The notes under the pieces: generated by a model | Seen by the model: the letters and a program-made list of their open reading frames with translations, nothing else | The model's database searches: none | Told to the model about the DNA's origin: nothing | Shown here: positions 8,471 through 18,412 of the stretch, piece by piece | How positions within the stretch are numbered: the first letter of the stretch is position 1 | Layout of the letters: the number at the start of each line of letters is the position of its first letter | Assembly (NCBI GenBank): GCA_029821635.1 | Contig: JALGSW010000003.1 | Location: 7,650 to 71,649 of the forward strand | Length of the DNA stretch: 64,000 nucleotides | Source of the DNA: Candidatus Zipacnadia bacterium | Lineage (GTDB): Bacteria; Armatimonadota; Zipacnadia; Zipacnadales; UBA5352 | Direction of reading: 5' to 3' | Translations under genes and position numbers: made by a program

Positions 8471-9847
8471 CTACCTGATCTTCTCGATCTGATACCCCAG
8501 CCCGGTCCCCTGCAGTGACGACGTATCCGCCTCGCCGTTCTGGAGCCGGAAGATCCCCTCGTGGACGCTCTTCTCCGCCTCTGAGGTCGAGCCGGGGAAG
8601 AATTGCCGTGAGTTCGCCTCCACACCCATGATCGTGTTGAGCCGCGCGCCGAGGCCCACCGAGTGGATCAGCGCCAGCGACGGGTTCGTGAGGTCCTGCA
8701 CTGCGTAGGGAATTCCGAGCCTCGTCGCCTTCGCCACGAAGAGCATGCCCGAGGACTGGCCCTTGCAGGTTTTCAGGGCGATGCCCGACCAGCCGAGCTG
8801 CATCGCGCGGTCGAAGCTCTCGATGGTGGTGAGGCTCTCGTCCACGATGACCGGCTTGAGCGCCGCAATCGCGCTCATGTCATGCGCGTCCTCGTCGAGG
8901 TCCCGGCCGGTTGGCTGCTCGATGTAAAGCGTGCGCTCGAAGGTGTCCGGCGACTGCTCGCGGATGCGCTGGAGCATCTCCACGATGTAGTCCGGGCTCT
9001 CGCACATCTCGTTGGTGTCGGCGGTGAGGTGCATCGGCTCGATGCCGAGCGCGTCCAGTTCCGCGCGCCCAATGTCATTGACCGCGATCATGCGCTCGAC
9101 GTCCCAGTCGAGGTCATTGCCACGCAGCTTGACCTTCAGGCAGTACATGCCCTCATACGCGATCCAGTCTGCGAGGCAGTTGGGCAGGCCGTCGTCGGGG
9201 TCGGTGTCGTCGAGTTCGTCGCGTGTAAGCTTGTCGAGGCCGCCGACGAGGTGGAAGATCGGGACCTTCGGCTTGTACTCGCTGCGGACGAAGTCCTCGA
9301 CGTAGAGCCCGACGAAGTCCGGGCCGAGCCAGCGGCTCAGGTCGTCCATCCACGCCGGCCCGTAGCCCTTGTAGGTGTCGATCCCGTTCACGTTGCCGAA
9401 CGCGTCGTGGAGGGCGGCGTCCACCGCGGAGACGCAGACCAGGGCGCTGAGGAACGGCTGCTCGACCGCGACGCCCTCCTCCGCGCAGACCCGCTTGTTG
9501 ATGCGCGCGAGGTCGTCCTCAAGCTCCATGAACAGACCGATCGGGTGGAACATCCCCGCGTGTGTGGTCACGAGGTGGACGTATTCGTCGAGGACACGCT
9601 GCATCACGCGCTGCTTGGCCTCACGCGGGACCTCGGGCGTCGGCCAGCCCCACTGGTCCATCAGGAAGATCCCGCCCCAGCCCTCGGCGACGTCGTGGCA
9701 GCCGTTCTCGACCTCGACGTGGATCGTGCAGAATGGGACCTTCTCGACGACCTCCCCGCCGAACTTCAGCGGAGTGCGGGCCTCTGTCTGATCGATCAGA
9801 ATCTCCAGCCCTTCGACGGCTATGTCAGACTTGCGTATGGACGCCAT
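8471..9847 (-). CDS. Enolase superfamily (mandelate racemase/muconate lactonizing-like) enzyme
   Basis: KVKLRG (KxK), metal-ligand motifs DTNE, EQP and DES, GIALKTCKG. Confidence 0.82.
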   Translation of the reverse strand: MASIRKSDIAVEGLEILIDQTEARTPLKFGGEVVEKVPFCTIHVEVENGCHDVAEGWGGIFLMDQWGWPTPEVPREAKQRVMQRVLDEYVHLVTTHAGMFHPIGLFMELEDDLARINKRVCAEEGVAVEQPFLSALVCVSAVDAALHDAFGNVNGIDTYKGYGPAWMDDLSRWLGPDFVGLYVEDFVRSEYKPKVPIFHLVGGLDKLTRDELDDTDPDDGLPNCLADWIAYEGMYCLKVKLRGNDLDWDVERMIAVNDIGRAELDALGIEPMHLTADTNEMCESPDYIVEMLQRIREQSPDTFERTLYIEQPTGRDLDEDAHDMSAIAALKPVIVDESLTTIESFDRAMQLGWSGIALKTCKGQSSGMLFVAKATRLGIPYAVQDLTNPSLALIHSVGLGARLNTIMGVEANSRQFFPGSTSEAEKSVHEGIFRLQNGEADTSSLQGTGLGYQIEKIR

Positions 9848-9928
9848 GGGCGTGCGGCCTCCCCGGTGGGTGTCGGTAGCGCGCGTGTGCGTAATGCTTC
9901 ACCGCCGGACGCTCGAATCCTGCGCCGC

Positions 9929-12136
9929 TCACTCCGGCCCGAGCAGCAGTAGCCGGTAGTTCTGCGGCGGGACGCTCACCGACCAGCCGCTCGCGGCGTC
10001 GCCCGCGACCGGCTCCCCTGTGATCGCATCGACCGCCACTGGGCCGTCGGCGATTGCGGAGCTGGCCTCGCGCAGCGCCGCTACGTCCGGCCGCAGCGTC
10101 TCGGTGAGCGGCCCATCAGTGAGGTTCGCGACCGCGAGCAGGACGCTCTCGCCGCCGGGCCGCAGGTGCAACGCGATGCTCAGCGCGTGCTCCGCCTCGC
10201 CGAGGAGCGGCGCCGACTCCCACGGCCCGACGAAGCGCGTGCCCTCCAGCCACCCAAAGCGCTCGTAGCCGCGCTGAATATCGTCGAAGAGCTTCATGTC
10301 GAAGGCGCTCGGGTAAACCGGGATGCCGTAGGCGACCACGCGCGCCAGGAGCGTGCGGGTGTAGTACGCCAGGCGCTCGGGGTCATCGCGCATGACCGTG
10401 CGGTTCCACTTGATGACCTCAGGCAGCAGCTCGTTGATCACGCCGGTGCGCTGGGAGTAGGCGACCTCGTAGAGCACGTCGGGCAGGTGGCTGTAGTCCG
10501 GGACGTACATGCTCGGATCGCTGTCTGACTCGCTCATCACGAAGTTGTCCGAGCGGAAGAACATGTTCAGCGCCTCACCCGAGAGCACCATATCCGCGAA
10601 GCCCGCCGCGGTGATCGGCGTCTTCGCGTGGTGGATGGAGATGAGGTGGTCGGGGTTCTTCTGCTTACAGGCGATCCACAGGCGCTTCATTATCTCGCGC
10701 TGCCACCACAGAGGGTAGTACTGGACGCCGTCGACGGACGCCGGGTGGTCGTGCGCGGGGTTCATGCACAGCGTGTTGGGCGCGGCGAGGTCGAAGTAGA
10801 GCCCGCCCACGCCGTAGTCCTCGATCGCCTGTACGTTGTACCAGACGATGAAGTCGCGAACGCTCTTTGGGGACAGACAGATGTAGTACGCCGATGGCTG
10901 GCGAGGAGGGATGCCCTGCAGCAGCGCCCAGTTCGGGACGATCATCGAGCCCTGGGGGCGGCCGATCCTCCAGGCGTCGGCGTAGTGGTCCCATTCACCG
11001 CGCGGGAGCGTCGCGGCGAGCACGTAGAGCGCCCCGTAGGGAACATACTCCGCCCCGAACTCCCGCACGCGCGCCAGACCCTCCGCAAGCAGCTCCGCGG
11101 GTTCGCGGCCGCGCGTGCTCATCTCGCGAGCCGACGGCGCCGTCGCCGGCTCCAGGACAGGCATCCCTGGACAGGCCAGCGGGAACCAGTTGTGCCAGCC
11201 GATCCCGTAGACGTCGTGGTTCTGGGCGTTCATGACCGAGCCGGTCACCCAGGAGTTCGTAAGCACGATCCGCCGCCAGTCGTCGGGCAAAGGCTTCACC
11301 GGCGTGGGGTAGAGCGCGAAGCTCCAGGTGGTCGGCGCGGTCAACGTCACCGGCTCCGCGACGAACTCGAAGACCGCGCGCACCGAATCCGCCGAGGGCT
11401 CGATTCGCAGCGAGCGGTCGCTCTCCATCGGAGCCCACGTCGCGTTGGTCTCGCAGGACCACTCCAGCCCGACGTCGTGGTTGCCCAGCCACAGAGTCGG
11501 GTACCACTTCGTGCTGAGGCCCTCGGAGCAGTGGCCGAAGCTACGGGCGAAGTCGCCGCGATCGAGGCGCTGGACGTTGAAGTCGTAGTCGATGTAGCGG
11601 CTGAACATCTCCGCCACGCCGGGCGCGAAGGGGAGCGTGAGGCGCAGCCCATCGACGGTCGCGGCCCCGCCCGGCGTCACCGTCACGTCCACGCGCACGA
11701 AGCCGTCGAACTCGAGCGAGGTCTCCGCGAGCACTCGGCAGCCCGCCACCTCGCCCGTCGAACCCCACTCGGCGCGCACATCGGTGGCCGTGGCGGGGCC
11801 GCCGGTCCACGCGACGGCCGCGCCATCGACGGTCAGGGCGAGCGTCGGCGGTTCGACGAAGAGTTCGGTGCCCTGGGAGGTGATCTGCGCGGGGAGCGGG
11901 CCGTTGGCGAGCGCGAACTCCCGCCCCCACACCTGCGCGCGGTCGCCATCGAGCACGACCGGCGTCCACGGTTCGGGGACGATCGGCTCCAGCCCGAGGT
12001 TGTTGTTCTCCCACGGGTAGCCCTGCGCGGGGTACTCGCCCTCGGGGACCGCGAGCGGATCGATCTGCTGCGCTGCGACAGGCACGAAACTCCCTACGAT
12101 AAGCGCCAGCGCGCCTGCCACGATCCGGGAACGCAT
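9929..12136 (-). CDS. Secreted glycoside hydrolase-like protein (DUF6067-type)
   Basis: Signal peptide. WGREFAL, EFDGFVRVD, PTPVKPLP and YGVGGLYFD motifs are shared with the paralogue at 49841-53056. GGAGG RBS. Confidence 0.7.
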   Translation of the reverse strand: MRSRIVAGALALIVGSFVPVAAQQIDPLAVPEGEYPAQGYPWENNNLGLEPIVPEPWTPVVLDGDRAQVWGREFALANGPLPAQITSQGTELFVEPPTLALTVDGAAVAWTGGPATATDVRAEWGSTGEVAGCRVLAETSLEFDGFVRVDVTVTPGGAATVDGLRLTLPFAPGVAEMFSRYIDYDFNVQRLDRGDFARSFGHCSEGLSTKWYPTLWLGNHDVGLEWSCETNATWAPMESDRSLRIEPSADSVRAVFEFVAEPVTLTAPTTWSFALYPTPVKPLPDDWRRIVLTNSWVTGSVMNAQNHDVYGIGWHNWFPLACPGMPVLEPATAPSAREMSTRGREPAELLAEGLARVREFGAEYVPYGALYVLAATLPRGEWDHYADAWRIGRPQGSMIVPNWALLQGIPPRQPSAYYICLSPKSVRDFIVWYNVQAIEDYGVGGLYFDLAAPNTLCMNPAHDHPASVDGVQYYPLWWQREIMKRLWIACKQKNPDHLISIHHAKTPITAAGFADMVLSGEALNMFFRSDNFVMSESDSDPSMYVPDYSHLPDVLYEVAYSQRTGVINELLPEVIKWNRTVMRDDPERLAYYTRTLLARVVAYGIPVYPSAFDMKLFDDIQRGYERFGWLEGTRFVGPWESAPLLGEAEHALSIALHLRPGGESVLLAVANLTDGPLTETLRPDVAALREASSAIADGPVAVDAITGEPVAGDAASGWSVSVPPQNYRLLLLGPE

Positions 12137-12247
12137 CGAGTGCACCTCCGCGCCAATGGTGGTGGGCAGCCCGTAGGCTATTCGCCGCGGCAGAGGGTTT
12201 GACTTCCCGAGGGTGGCAGGGCGCAGGGGATAGCAGATCGGTGGGCG

Positions 12248-12289
12248 AAAAGAGAAACGGCAGCGCCCACCGCGGTGGTGGGCGCTGCC
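12248..12289 (-). terminator. Intrinsic terminator-like hairpin with U-rich tail on the minus strand
   Basis: Perfect 13-bp stem GGCAGCGCCCACC/GGTGGGCGCTGCC with a 5-nt loop, followed on the minus strand by GTTTCTCTTTT. Confidence 0.7.
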
Positions 12290-12417
12290 TGTGTCCGCCG
12301 ACTCTCGCAAAACCTGGAGGGAGAGGTCGCCGGCGGACTGCGCGGCCGAATGCCGCGCTCCTGCCTCGCTTGTGTTGTCACGTCGCTCAGCACTAAAGAG
12401 TTACCCGCATCCTGGAA

Positions 12418-13092
12418 GTGATAAACCTGGCTTCGCCGCATGATTCGCCGCATCTGGACGCGCTTGCGCCATTGCCCCGCGAGTTCTACCTTCGGCCCAC
12501 CGAGGAGGTCGCGCAGGGGCTGCTCGGCTGCCTGCTCGTGCACCGCATCGGCGGCGAGACGCTCGTCGCGCGGCTGGTCGAAACAGAGGCGTATCTCTCC
12601 GCCGGTGACCCCGGCTGCCACGCCGCGCGAGGGCGCACCGAGCGCAACGCCGTGATGTTCGGCCCGCCCGGGTCGATCTACGTTTACCTGATCTACGGCA
12701 TGCACCTGTGCATGAATCTGGTGACGCAGCCGGAGGGGAAAGCGGAAGCCGTGCTGCTGCGTGCCGCGGAGCCGCTGGTCGGGATCGACGCCATGCGCGA
12801 GCGCCGCGGGCGCCATGCGCTGAAGGACCTCTGCAGCGGTCCGGCGAAACTCGTACAGGCATTCGGCGTTACGCTGGAGGACAACGGCGGGGACATCACG
12901 TGCGGGGAGCTGTTCGTCGCGCCCGCGCCTGAGCCGCCTGGTGAGATCGCGGTTACCACGCGCGTCGGGCTGGGCGAAGGCTGCGGTGAGGAGCTCATGC
13001 TCCGCTACCTCGTCCCCGGCTCGCCGTGGCTGTCCCGGCCGCTCGCGCGCACGCCGAAGCCCGCCGCGCCGGTCAACATCGAGGGAAGGTGA
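12418..13092 (+). CDS. mpg: DNA-3-methyladenine glycosylase (MPG/AAG family)
   Basis: LVETEAY, GCHAARG, YVYLIYGMHLCMN, VLLRAAEP, SGPAKL, TTRVG. Confidence 0.93.
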   Translation: MINLASPHDSPHLDALAPLPREFYLRPTEEVAQGLLGCLLVHRIGGETLVARLVETEAYLSAGDPGCHAARGRTERNAVMFGPPGSIYVYLIYGMHLCMNLVTQPEGKAEAVLLRAAEPLVGIDAMRERRGRHALKDLCSGPAKLVQAFGVTLEDNGGDITCGELFVAPAPEPPGEIAVTTRVGLGEGCGEELMLRYLVPGSPWLSRPLARTPKPAAPVNIEGR

Positions 13093-13100
13093 GTGTCGGT

Positions 13101-13916
13101 ATGAAGATCAGCTTCATGACGTTCGTTGCACCCGAGTGGTCCCTGGAGGAGCACCTCACGGCCGCCATCCGCTACGGCTACGACGCGATCGAACCGCGCT
13201 GCGAGGCCGATCACAACCACGGAGTCGAGCTGGACACCACAAAGAAGCAGCGCAAGGAGATCGCCGATCAGTTCGAGAGCTGCGGCGTTGCCCTCACCAC
13301 GATCGCCACGTCGAGGCGCTATGCTTCCGCCAGCGATCATGAGCTCGAAGAGACGATCGACCTGACGAAGCAGTACTGCGACCTGTGCGCGGACCTGTGC
13401 GCAGAGAACATCCGCGTCTTCGGCGGAATGACCCCCGAGGGCATGGACTTCGCCGACGCGAAGAAGGTCGTCGCCGAGGCGTTGCACGAGTGTGGTGAGT
13501 ACGCGAAGAAGCGCGGCGTGTTCCTGTGCCTGGAGACGCATGATGCGTACTGCAACAGCGCGGACGTGCTGGAGGTCGTGCGCAACGCCGACAGCGCGGG
13601 CGTCGCGATCAACTGGGACGTTATGCACCCCTACCGCTTCGGCGAGACCATGGAGACCGCGCTCAGCAACGTGAAGGACTACGTGCGGCACTGTCACATC
13701 CACGACGGAGTGCGGCCCGAAGACGGCGGCGCCGGGGGCTGGACCATCGCGCTGATGGGCGAGGGCGACATCCCGCACGACGAGGCGATCAAGCTGCTCG
13801 CGACGATCGACTACCAGGGCTCGCTCTCGGGCGAATGGATCAAGTCCTTCGATCCGGACGTCATCCTGCCGCACGACGCGCAGATGCTCCGGGACTACAT
13901 CGCGGCTGCGAAGTAG
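13101..13916 (+). CDS. Sugar phosphate isomerase/epimerase (xylose isomerase-like TIM barrel)
   Basis: LCLETHD, INWDVMHP and HCHIHD metal motifs. Confidence 0.88.
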   Translation: MKISFMTFVAPEWSLEEHLTAAIRYGYDAIEPRCEADHNHGVELDTTKKQRKEIADQFESCGVALTTIATSRRYASASDHELEETIDLTKQYCDLCADLCAENIRVFGGMTPEGMDFADAKKVVAEALHECGEYAKKRGVFLCLETHDAYCNSADVLEVVRNADSAGVAINWDVMHPYRFGETMETALSNVKDYVRHCHIHDGVRPEDGGAGGWTIALMGEGDIPHDEAIKLLATIDYQGSLSGEWIKSFDPDVILPHDAQMLRDYIAAAK

Positions 13917-13935
13917 CCGTCGCCGCAAGTCGTTC

Positions 13936-13958
13936 GTAGGACGGGCTTCCAGCCCGTC
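13936..13958 (+). repeat. REP-like palindrome (class A)
   Basis: GTAG-GACGGGC-TTCCA-GCCCGTC, 20 nt after a stop codon. Confidence 0.75.
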
Positions 13959-13996
13959 AACCGTCGCACACCGACGTAGACCGGATGGTGGGGTTG

Positions 13997-14953
13997 ATGG
14001 CTGAAACGATCATGTCGGTCGATGAAGCGGCCGCCGTGTGCAGTCGGATCGCGGATAACGTGGAGCGGGTGATCATCGGCAAGCGCGAGGCGATCGAGCG
14101 CACGCTGGTTGCGATGGTCGCCCGCGGCCACGTGCTGCTCGAGGACGTTCCCGGCGTTGGTAAGACGATGCTGGCGCGATCGCTGGCGGCGTCGATCGGC
14201 GGGGAGTTCCGCCGCATTCAGTTCACTCCCGACCTGCTCCCGACCGATGTGACGGGCGTGTCGATCTTCGACCAGCGCGCGGGCGAGTTCAGCTTCCGCC
14301 CCGGCCCGGTCTTCGCGAACATCGTGCTCGCGGATGAGATCAACCGCGCCTCGCCGCGCACCCAGTCGTCTCTGCTGGAGGCGATGGAGGAGCGCCAGGT
14401 GACGGTGGACGGCGTCACCCACGACCTTCCGCGACCGTTCATGGTGATCGCGACGGAGAACCCGATCGAGTACGAGGGCGTCTACCCCCTGCCCGAGTCG
14501 CAGCTCGACCGCTTTCTGCTGCGCTTCAGCATCGGCTACCCCGCGCGCGCGGAGGAGAAGCAGATCGTGCGCGAGCAGCTCGAGGGGCACCCGGTCGAGG
14601 CGTTGGAGCCGGTCGCGACTTCCGCGGAGGTCGCGGCGGTGCAGCGGACCGTCTCACGATGCCACGTTTCTGAGGCGGTCTACGACTACGTGCTCGACCT
14701 GATCGAGGCGACGCGCGCTTCCGACCAGCTCTACCTCGGGGCCGGGCCGCGCGGGAGCCTTGCGCTGGTGCGCTGCGCGCAGGCGGTGGCGACGATTGAG
14801 GGCCGGGACTTCGTCGGCCCCGATGACATCAAGTCGATCGCCGCGCAGGCGCTGGCGCACCGGCTGATCCCGCGGCCCGAGGCGCGCGTGAGCGGCGTGA
14901 CCGGGGCGGAGGTCGTGGACGCGCTGCTGGCGAGAACGCCGGTCCCCTCGTGA
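13997..14953 (+). CDS. moxR: MoxR family AAA+ ATPase
   Basis: EDVPGVGKT (Walker A), RIQFTPDLLPTD, LADEINRA (Walker B), ATENPIE. Confidence 0.95.
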   Translation: MAETIMSVDEAAAVCSRIADNVERVIIGKREAIERTLVAMVARGHVLLEDVPGVGKTMLARSLAASIGGEFRRIQFTPDLLPTDVTGVSIFDQRAGEFSFRPGPVFANIVLADEINRASPRTQSSLLEAMEERQVTVDGVTHDLPRPFMVIATENPIEYEGVYPLPESQLDRFLLRFSIGYPARAEEKQIVREQLEGHPVEALEPVATSAEVAAVQRTVSRCHVSEAVYDYVLDLIEATRASDQLYLGAGPRGSLALVRCAQAVATIEGRDFVGPDDIKSIAAQALAHRLIPRPEARVSGVTGAEVVDALLARTPVPS

Positions 14954-14978
14954 ACGCCATCTGTCAGAGGTCGGTTGA

Positions 14979-16229
14979 ATGAGCCGCAACCTGCGCATCT
15001 TCAGCTTCGCGGCGGTGGTGTTCACCACCGTGGGGCTGATGAACGACGCCACGGTGATGTACGTGCTCGCGGGCGTCTGCGCGGCAGTGATCCTCGTCGC
15101 GTTCCTGCTTTCCCAGCTCGCCTTTACGCGCCTGCGAGTGGAGATGCGTCCGCCCGCGAGCCGATCCGTCGCCGGAGCGCCGGTGCGGCCGTTGCTGAGC
15201 GTCGACTCGATCGGAAGCATTACGGTCGGGGCCTCGGTCGAGCTGCGGGCGACGAACCTGACCGTGCCAGGCGTCGAAGTGAGCCGCCGGGCGCTGCTGC
15301 CACCGCTGCCGCCGTCCTCGGGCGTGGACCTGGAGGTCGAGCTGCAGCCACCGGCGCGCGGCCGTTACCGGCTCGGCCCACCCGCGCTGCTCGACAGCGA
15401 CCCTCTCGGCATGTTCGAGAGCCGCTCGGCGCGCGGGGAGCCGTTCGAACTGGTCGTCTTCCCGCGAACCTACGACGTCCCGCGCGTCCACGCCTGGGAG
15501 ACCGGCTTCGGCCGCTTCTCGTCGCGAGGCCGGGAGGTGCGGCGCGACCGTGGTGAGTTCCGCGGCATCCGCGAGCACACCCCCGGCGATGACCTGCGCC
15601 ACGTGCACTGGAAGGTTTCCGCTCACGTGGGTGAGCTGGCCGTCAAGGAGTACGAGCCGCTGCGCCACGACGTCATATCCATCCACCTCGACCTGAGCGC
15701 CGACGCGCACTACGGCGTGGGCGCCATGTCCACGCTGGAGACCACTATCTCCGCAGCGGCCTCACTCGCGCGCGCCGGGCTTGCGGAACAGCGGTCGGTC
15801 GCGGTGGTCGGGCGCGGCCTGCCCCCGGGCGTGGCGCGCCCCGGCGCGGGCCAGGCGCACATGCACCGGATCATGATCGCGCTCGCGGAGGCGCAGACCT
15901 CGCAGGGGCGCTTCACCGAGTCGCTGGTGAGCCAATTCCGGGCGGTGCCGAGGGGCGCTTCGGTCTTCGTGATCACCACCGCGGCCGAGGAGGGTCTCGT
16001 GCACGCGATCTCCGGCGCGCTGTCGGGGCCTGGCTCGATGACGCTGCTGGTGGTTGAGGGCGAGCTGGAGGGTGCGCATGAACGTTTCGTCGCGCTGCCA
16101 GGGCGCCTGATGGAATCCGCGCGCGCCATGGGGATCGGCGTCGGACTGCTGCGCTCGCCCGCGGACGTCGCCGATGCGCTGAGCGTCGCGACCGGGCCTG
16201 CGCTGCGCGGTGGGGCGGGGGTGGCCTGA
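14979..16229 (+). CDS. DUF58 domain membrane protein (MoxR partner)
   Basis: Two N-terminal TM helices, DPLGMF, EFRGIREHTPGDDLRHVHWKVSA, VKEYE. Confidence 0.9.
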   Translation: MSRNLRIFSFAAVVFTTVGLMNDATVMYVLAGVCAAVILVAFLLSQLAFTRLRVEMRPPASRSVAGAPVRPLLSVDSIGSITVGASVELRATNLTVPGVEVSRRALLPPLPPSSGVDLEVELQPPARGRYRLGPPALLDSDPLGMFESRSARGEPFELVVFPRTYDVPRVHAWETGFGRFSSRGREVRRDRGEFRGIREHTPGDDLRHVHWKVSAHVGELAVKEYEPLRHDVISIHLDLSADAHYGVGAMSTLETTISAAASLARAGLAEQRSVAVVGRGLPPGVARPGAGQAHMHRIMIALAEAQTSQGRFTESLVSQFRAVPRGASVFVITTAAEEGLVHAISGALSGPGSMTLLVVEGELEGAHERFVALPGRLMESARAMGIGVGLLRSPADVADALSVATGPALRGGAGVA

Positions 16230-18412
16230 TGGCTGCAACGGAGCCGACGGCCCTCAGTCGCGCGCACGGCTGGCTGGAGCGCCACCGAGCGCTCCCGTAC
16301 CCGCACACACCGCCGGAGGCCACGCCTGCGGAACGACGGCGCTGGTTGCTGCTGATGATGGCGGGCTGGCTGACGATGGCCGGTGCGCTGCTGGCCGCTT
16401 CGGCGCTGTTGAGCAGCAGACTGCTGTTGCTGGAGATGACGGTGCTCGTGGCGCTGGCCTTCCCGGTCGTGTGGCGGCTGCACTTCAGCACATTCCCGCG
16501 CTTCTACGTGAACCAGGCGACCTTCCTGAGCGCGGTGATCGTCGGCATCATTCAGTGGCGGATGGGCGTCTTCACCGGCGGGGAGGCGACCTCGGGGCTG
16601 CTCCTGAGCTACCGTACACTCGTCGGGCTCTTCTACTGGGTGATGGCCTTCCGCGCATTCGCGATCCGCAACGTCCGCGATCTGACGCAGACGGCCCTGC
16701 CCGCGGTCTCTGGGCTGCTGCTGTTGCTCATCGCGGCGCCGACGGTCGCCGCGATCGCCGGCACCGCGCTCGTCGTCACCGGCACGCTGGCGATGCTGGC
16801 CGGCGAGCAGAGCACGCGCCGGATGGAGGGGATCGACGAGGTCGTCGCGCCGGGGCGGGTGCGCGGAGGCACGTGGCGGCCGCGGCTGAACTCGTGGGTG
16901 AGTCTGCTCGTGGCGGCGGCAATCGCCGCCTCGATCATTGCAGGCGTGGCGGCGAGGGTCGAGCCGTCGAACCCGGTGGGGCAGTGGCTGCGCAGGCAGC
17001 TCGCCTGGCGGCTGGCGCGGCTGATGATCGGTGAGGCCCACATGCCGTACGGACCGGAGCGGTCGCTGAGGCTCGGCGGGCCGGCCCCGGAACCCCGCGA
17101 CCGGCTGATGCTCGTGCTCGAAGCCGAGAGCGGGATGAAGATTCGCACCGCCGCCTATGACCTGTACCTCGGCCGCGAGTGGCAGCAGAGCGAGCGGGAG
17201 TGGACCCGCATGCGCTCCTCCTCACAAACGTGGGACCTGCCCGCACCGGAAGGCTTCGGGCTCTCCAGCGCGGTCACCGAGGACGTGGATGTGAAGATCA
17301 CGCCCGGCTATGGCTTCATCGGCGCGCTGCCCGTGCCGTGGTGCCCGAAACGCATCAGTATTGGCGCGCCGTCGATCCGCTACGATCGGTCAGGCATGGT
17401 CATGTTCAACGGGCACCTGCTGCCGGGGGACACGTACACGGCCACGGTGGCGATGCCCGATGCAGTCTCAGCGCCATCGGGATCGCCGCCACCACCGCGC
17501 GTGGACCTTGAGAACGCGCTCCAACTTCCGCCGGACCTTCCCCGGCGCGTACAGGAGCTGACGAAGGAGATCGTGGCGCAGACGACCGGCCGGCCCGTGG
17601 AGATCGCCCTCGCGATCGAGAGTCATCTGCGCACCGGGTACGAGTATGATCTCGACGCCCTGCCGCTGCCGGAGGGCGAGGACTACGTCGATCACTTCCT
17701 CTTCGTGTCGAAGCGCGGCTGGTGCAATCACTACGCGAGCGCGATGGTCGTGATGCTGCGTATCGCGGGTGTCCCGGCGCGTCTCGCCACGGGCTTCACC
17801 TCGGGTGAGTGGGTGCCGGAGCGCGAGCACTTCGAGATCCGCGACCAGGACGCGCACGCATGGGCGGAGGTCTACCTGCCGGACACCGGCTGGATCGACT
17901 TCGATCCCACCCCTGCGGAGGAGGAGCCCGCCACGGTCACCGAGGGCGTGACCGACACTCTTGCGCAGATCGGCGTCGCGTTCACGGAGGCCGGACGGTG
18001 GGTGCGCGCGAACCTGCTGCTGAGCATCACGGTCGTGGTGCTGCTGGCGCTGGCCATCTTGGGAGCAACGCTCTCCGCGCGCTGGTACCGCCGGCGGCTC
18101 GGCCCGCTGCGGCGCGGAGCAACCGGCGCCGAGCGCATTGTCTACGCGTACCGCCAGTCCATGCGCTGGCTGGACCGTCAGGGCCTGCAGCGGCCCGTGT
18201 CCGCGGCCCCCTGGGAGTTCCAGCGCACGGTTGCGCTGCAGCGACCGGCGCTCGCGACCGACCTGTCGCTGCTGACCGACGCGTACACGCGCGCCCGCTT
18301 TTCCGCGCGGACGCCGAGCGAGGCCGCGGTGTATGACACCGAGCAGGCTCTCGCCCGACTGCGCGACGCGATCTTCACGCCCGAACCCGATCAAGGAGGC
18401 AGCGCCGGATGA
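16229..18412 (+). CDS. Membrane transglutaminase-like protein (DUF3488 + TGc + DUF4129 architecture)
   Basis: Multi-TM N-terminus. Catalytic triad motifs GWCNHYASAM, AHAWAEVY and WIDFDPT. TGATG overlap with the DUF58 gene. Confidence 0.9.
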   Translation: MAATEPTALSRAHGWLERHRALPYPHTPPEATPAERRRWLLLMMAGWLTMAGALLAASALLSSRLLLLEMTVLVALAFPVVWRLHFSTFPRFYVNQATFLSAVIVGIIQWRMGVFTGGEATSGLLLSYRTLVGLFYWVMAFRAFAIRNVRDLTQTALPAVSGLLLLLIAAPTVAAIAGTALVVTGTLAMLAGEQSTRRMEGIDEVVAPGRVRGGTWRPRLNSWVSLLVAAAIAASIIAGVAARVEPSNPVGQWLRRQLAWRLARLMIGEAHMPYGPERSLRLGGPAPEPRDRLMLVLEAESGMKIRTAAYDLYLGREWQQSEREWTRMRSSSQTWDLPAPEGFGLSSAVTEDVDVKITPGYGFIGALPVPWCPKRISIGAPSIRYDRSGMVMFNGHLLPGDTYTATVAMPDAVSAPSGSPPPPRVDLENALQLPPDLPRRVQELTKEIVAQTTGRPVEIALAIESHLRTGYEYDLDALPLPEGEDYVDHFLFVSKRGWCNHYASAMVVMLRIAGVPARLATGFTSGEWVPEREHFEIRDQDAHAWAEVYLPDTGWIDFDPTPAEEEPATVTEGVTDTLAQIGVAFTEAGRWVRANLLLSITVVVLLALAILGATLSARWYRRRLGPLRRGATGAERIVYAYRQSMRWLDRQGLQRPVSAAPWEFQRTVALQRPALATDLSLLTDAYTRARFSARTPSEAAVYDTEQALARLRDAIFTPEPDQGGSAG

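Noticed and set aside
12210-12223. AGGGTGGCAGGGCG resembling a T-box core
   Set aside because: It lacks the ACCGCG continuation, is on the opposite strand from the terminator's U-tract, and no amino-acid-related gene follows.
12305-12320. GCAAAACC resembling a c-di-GMP-I riboswitch motif
   Set aside because: The GAAA tetraloop/receptor and second-stem consensus are not present.
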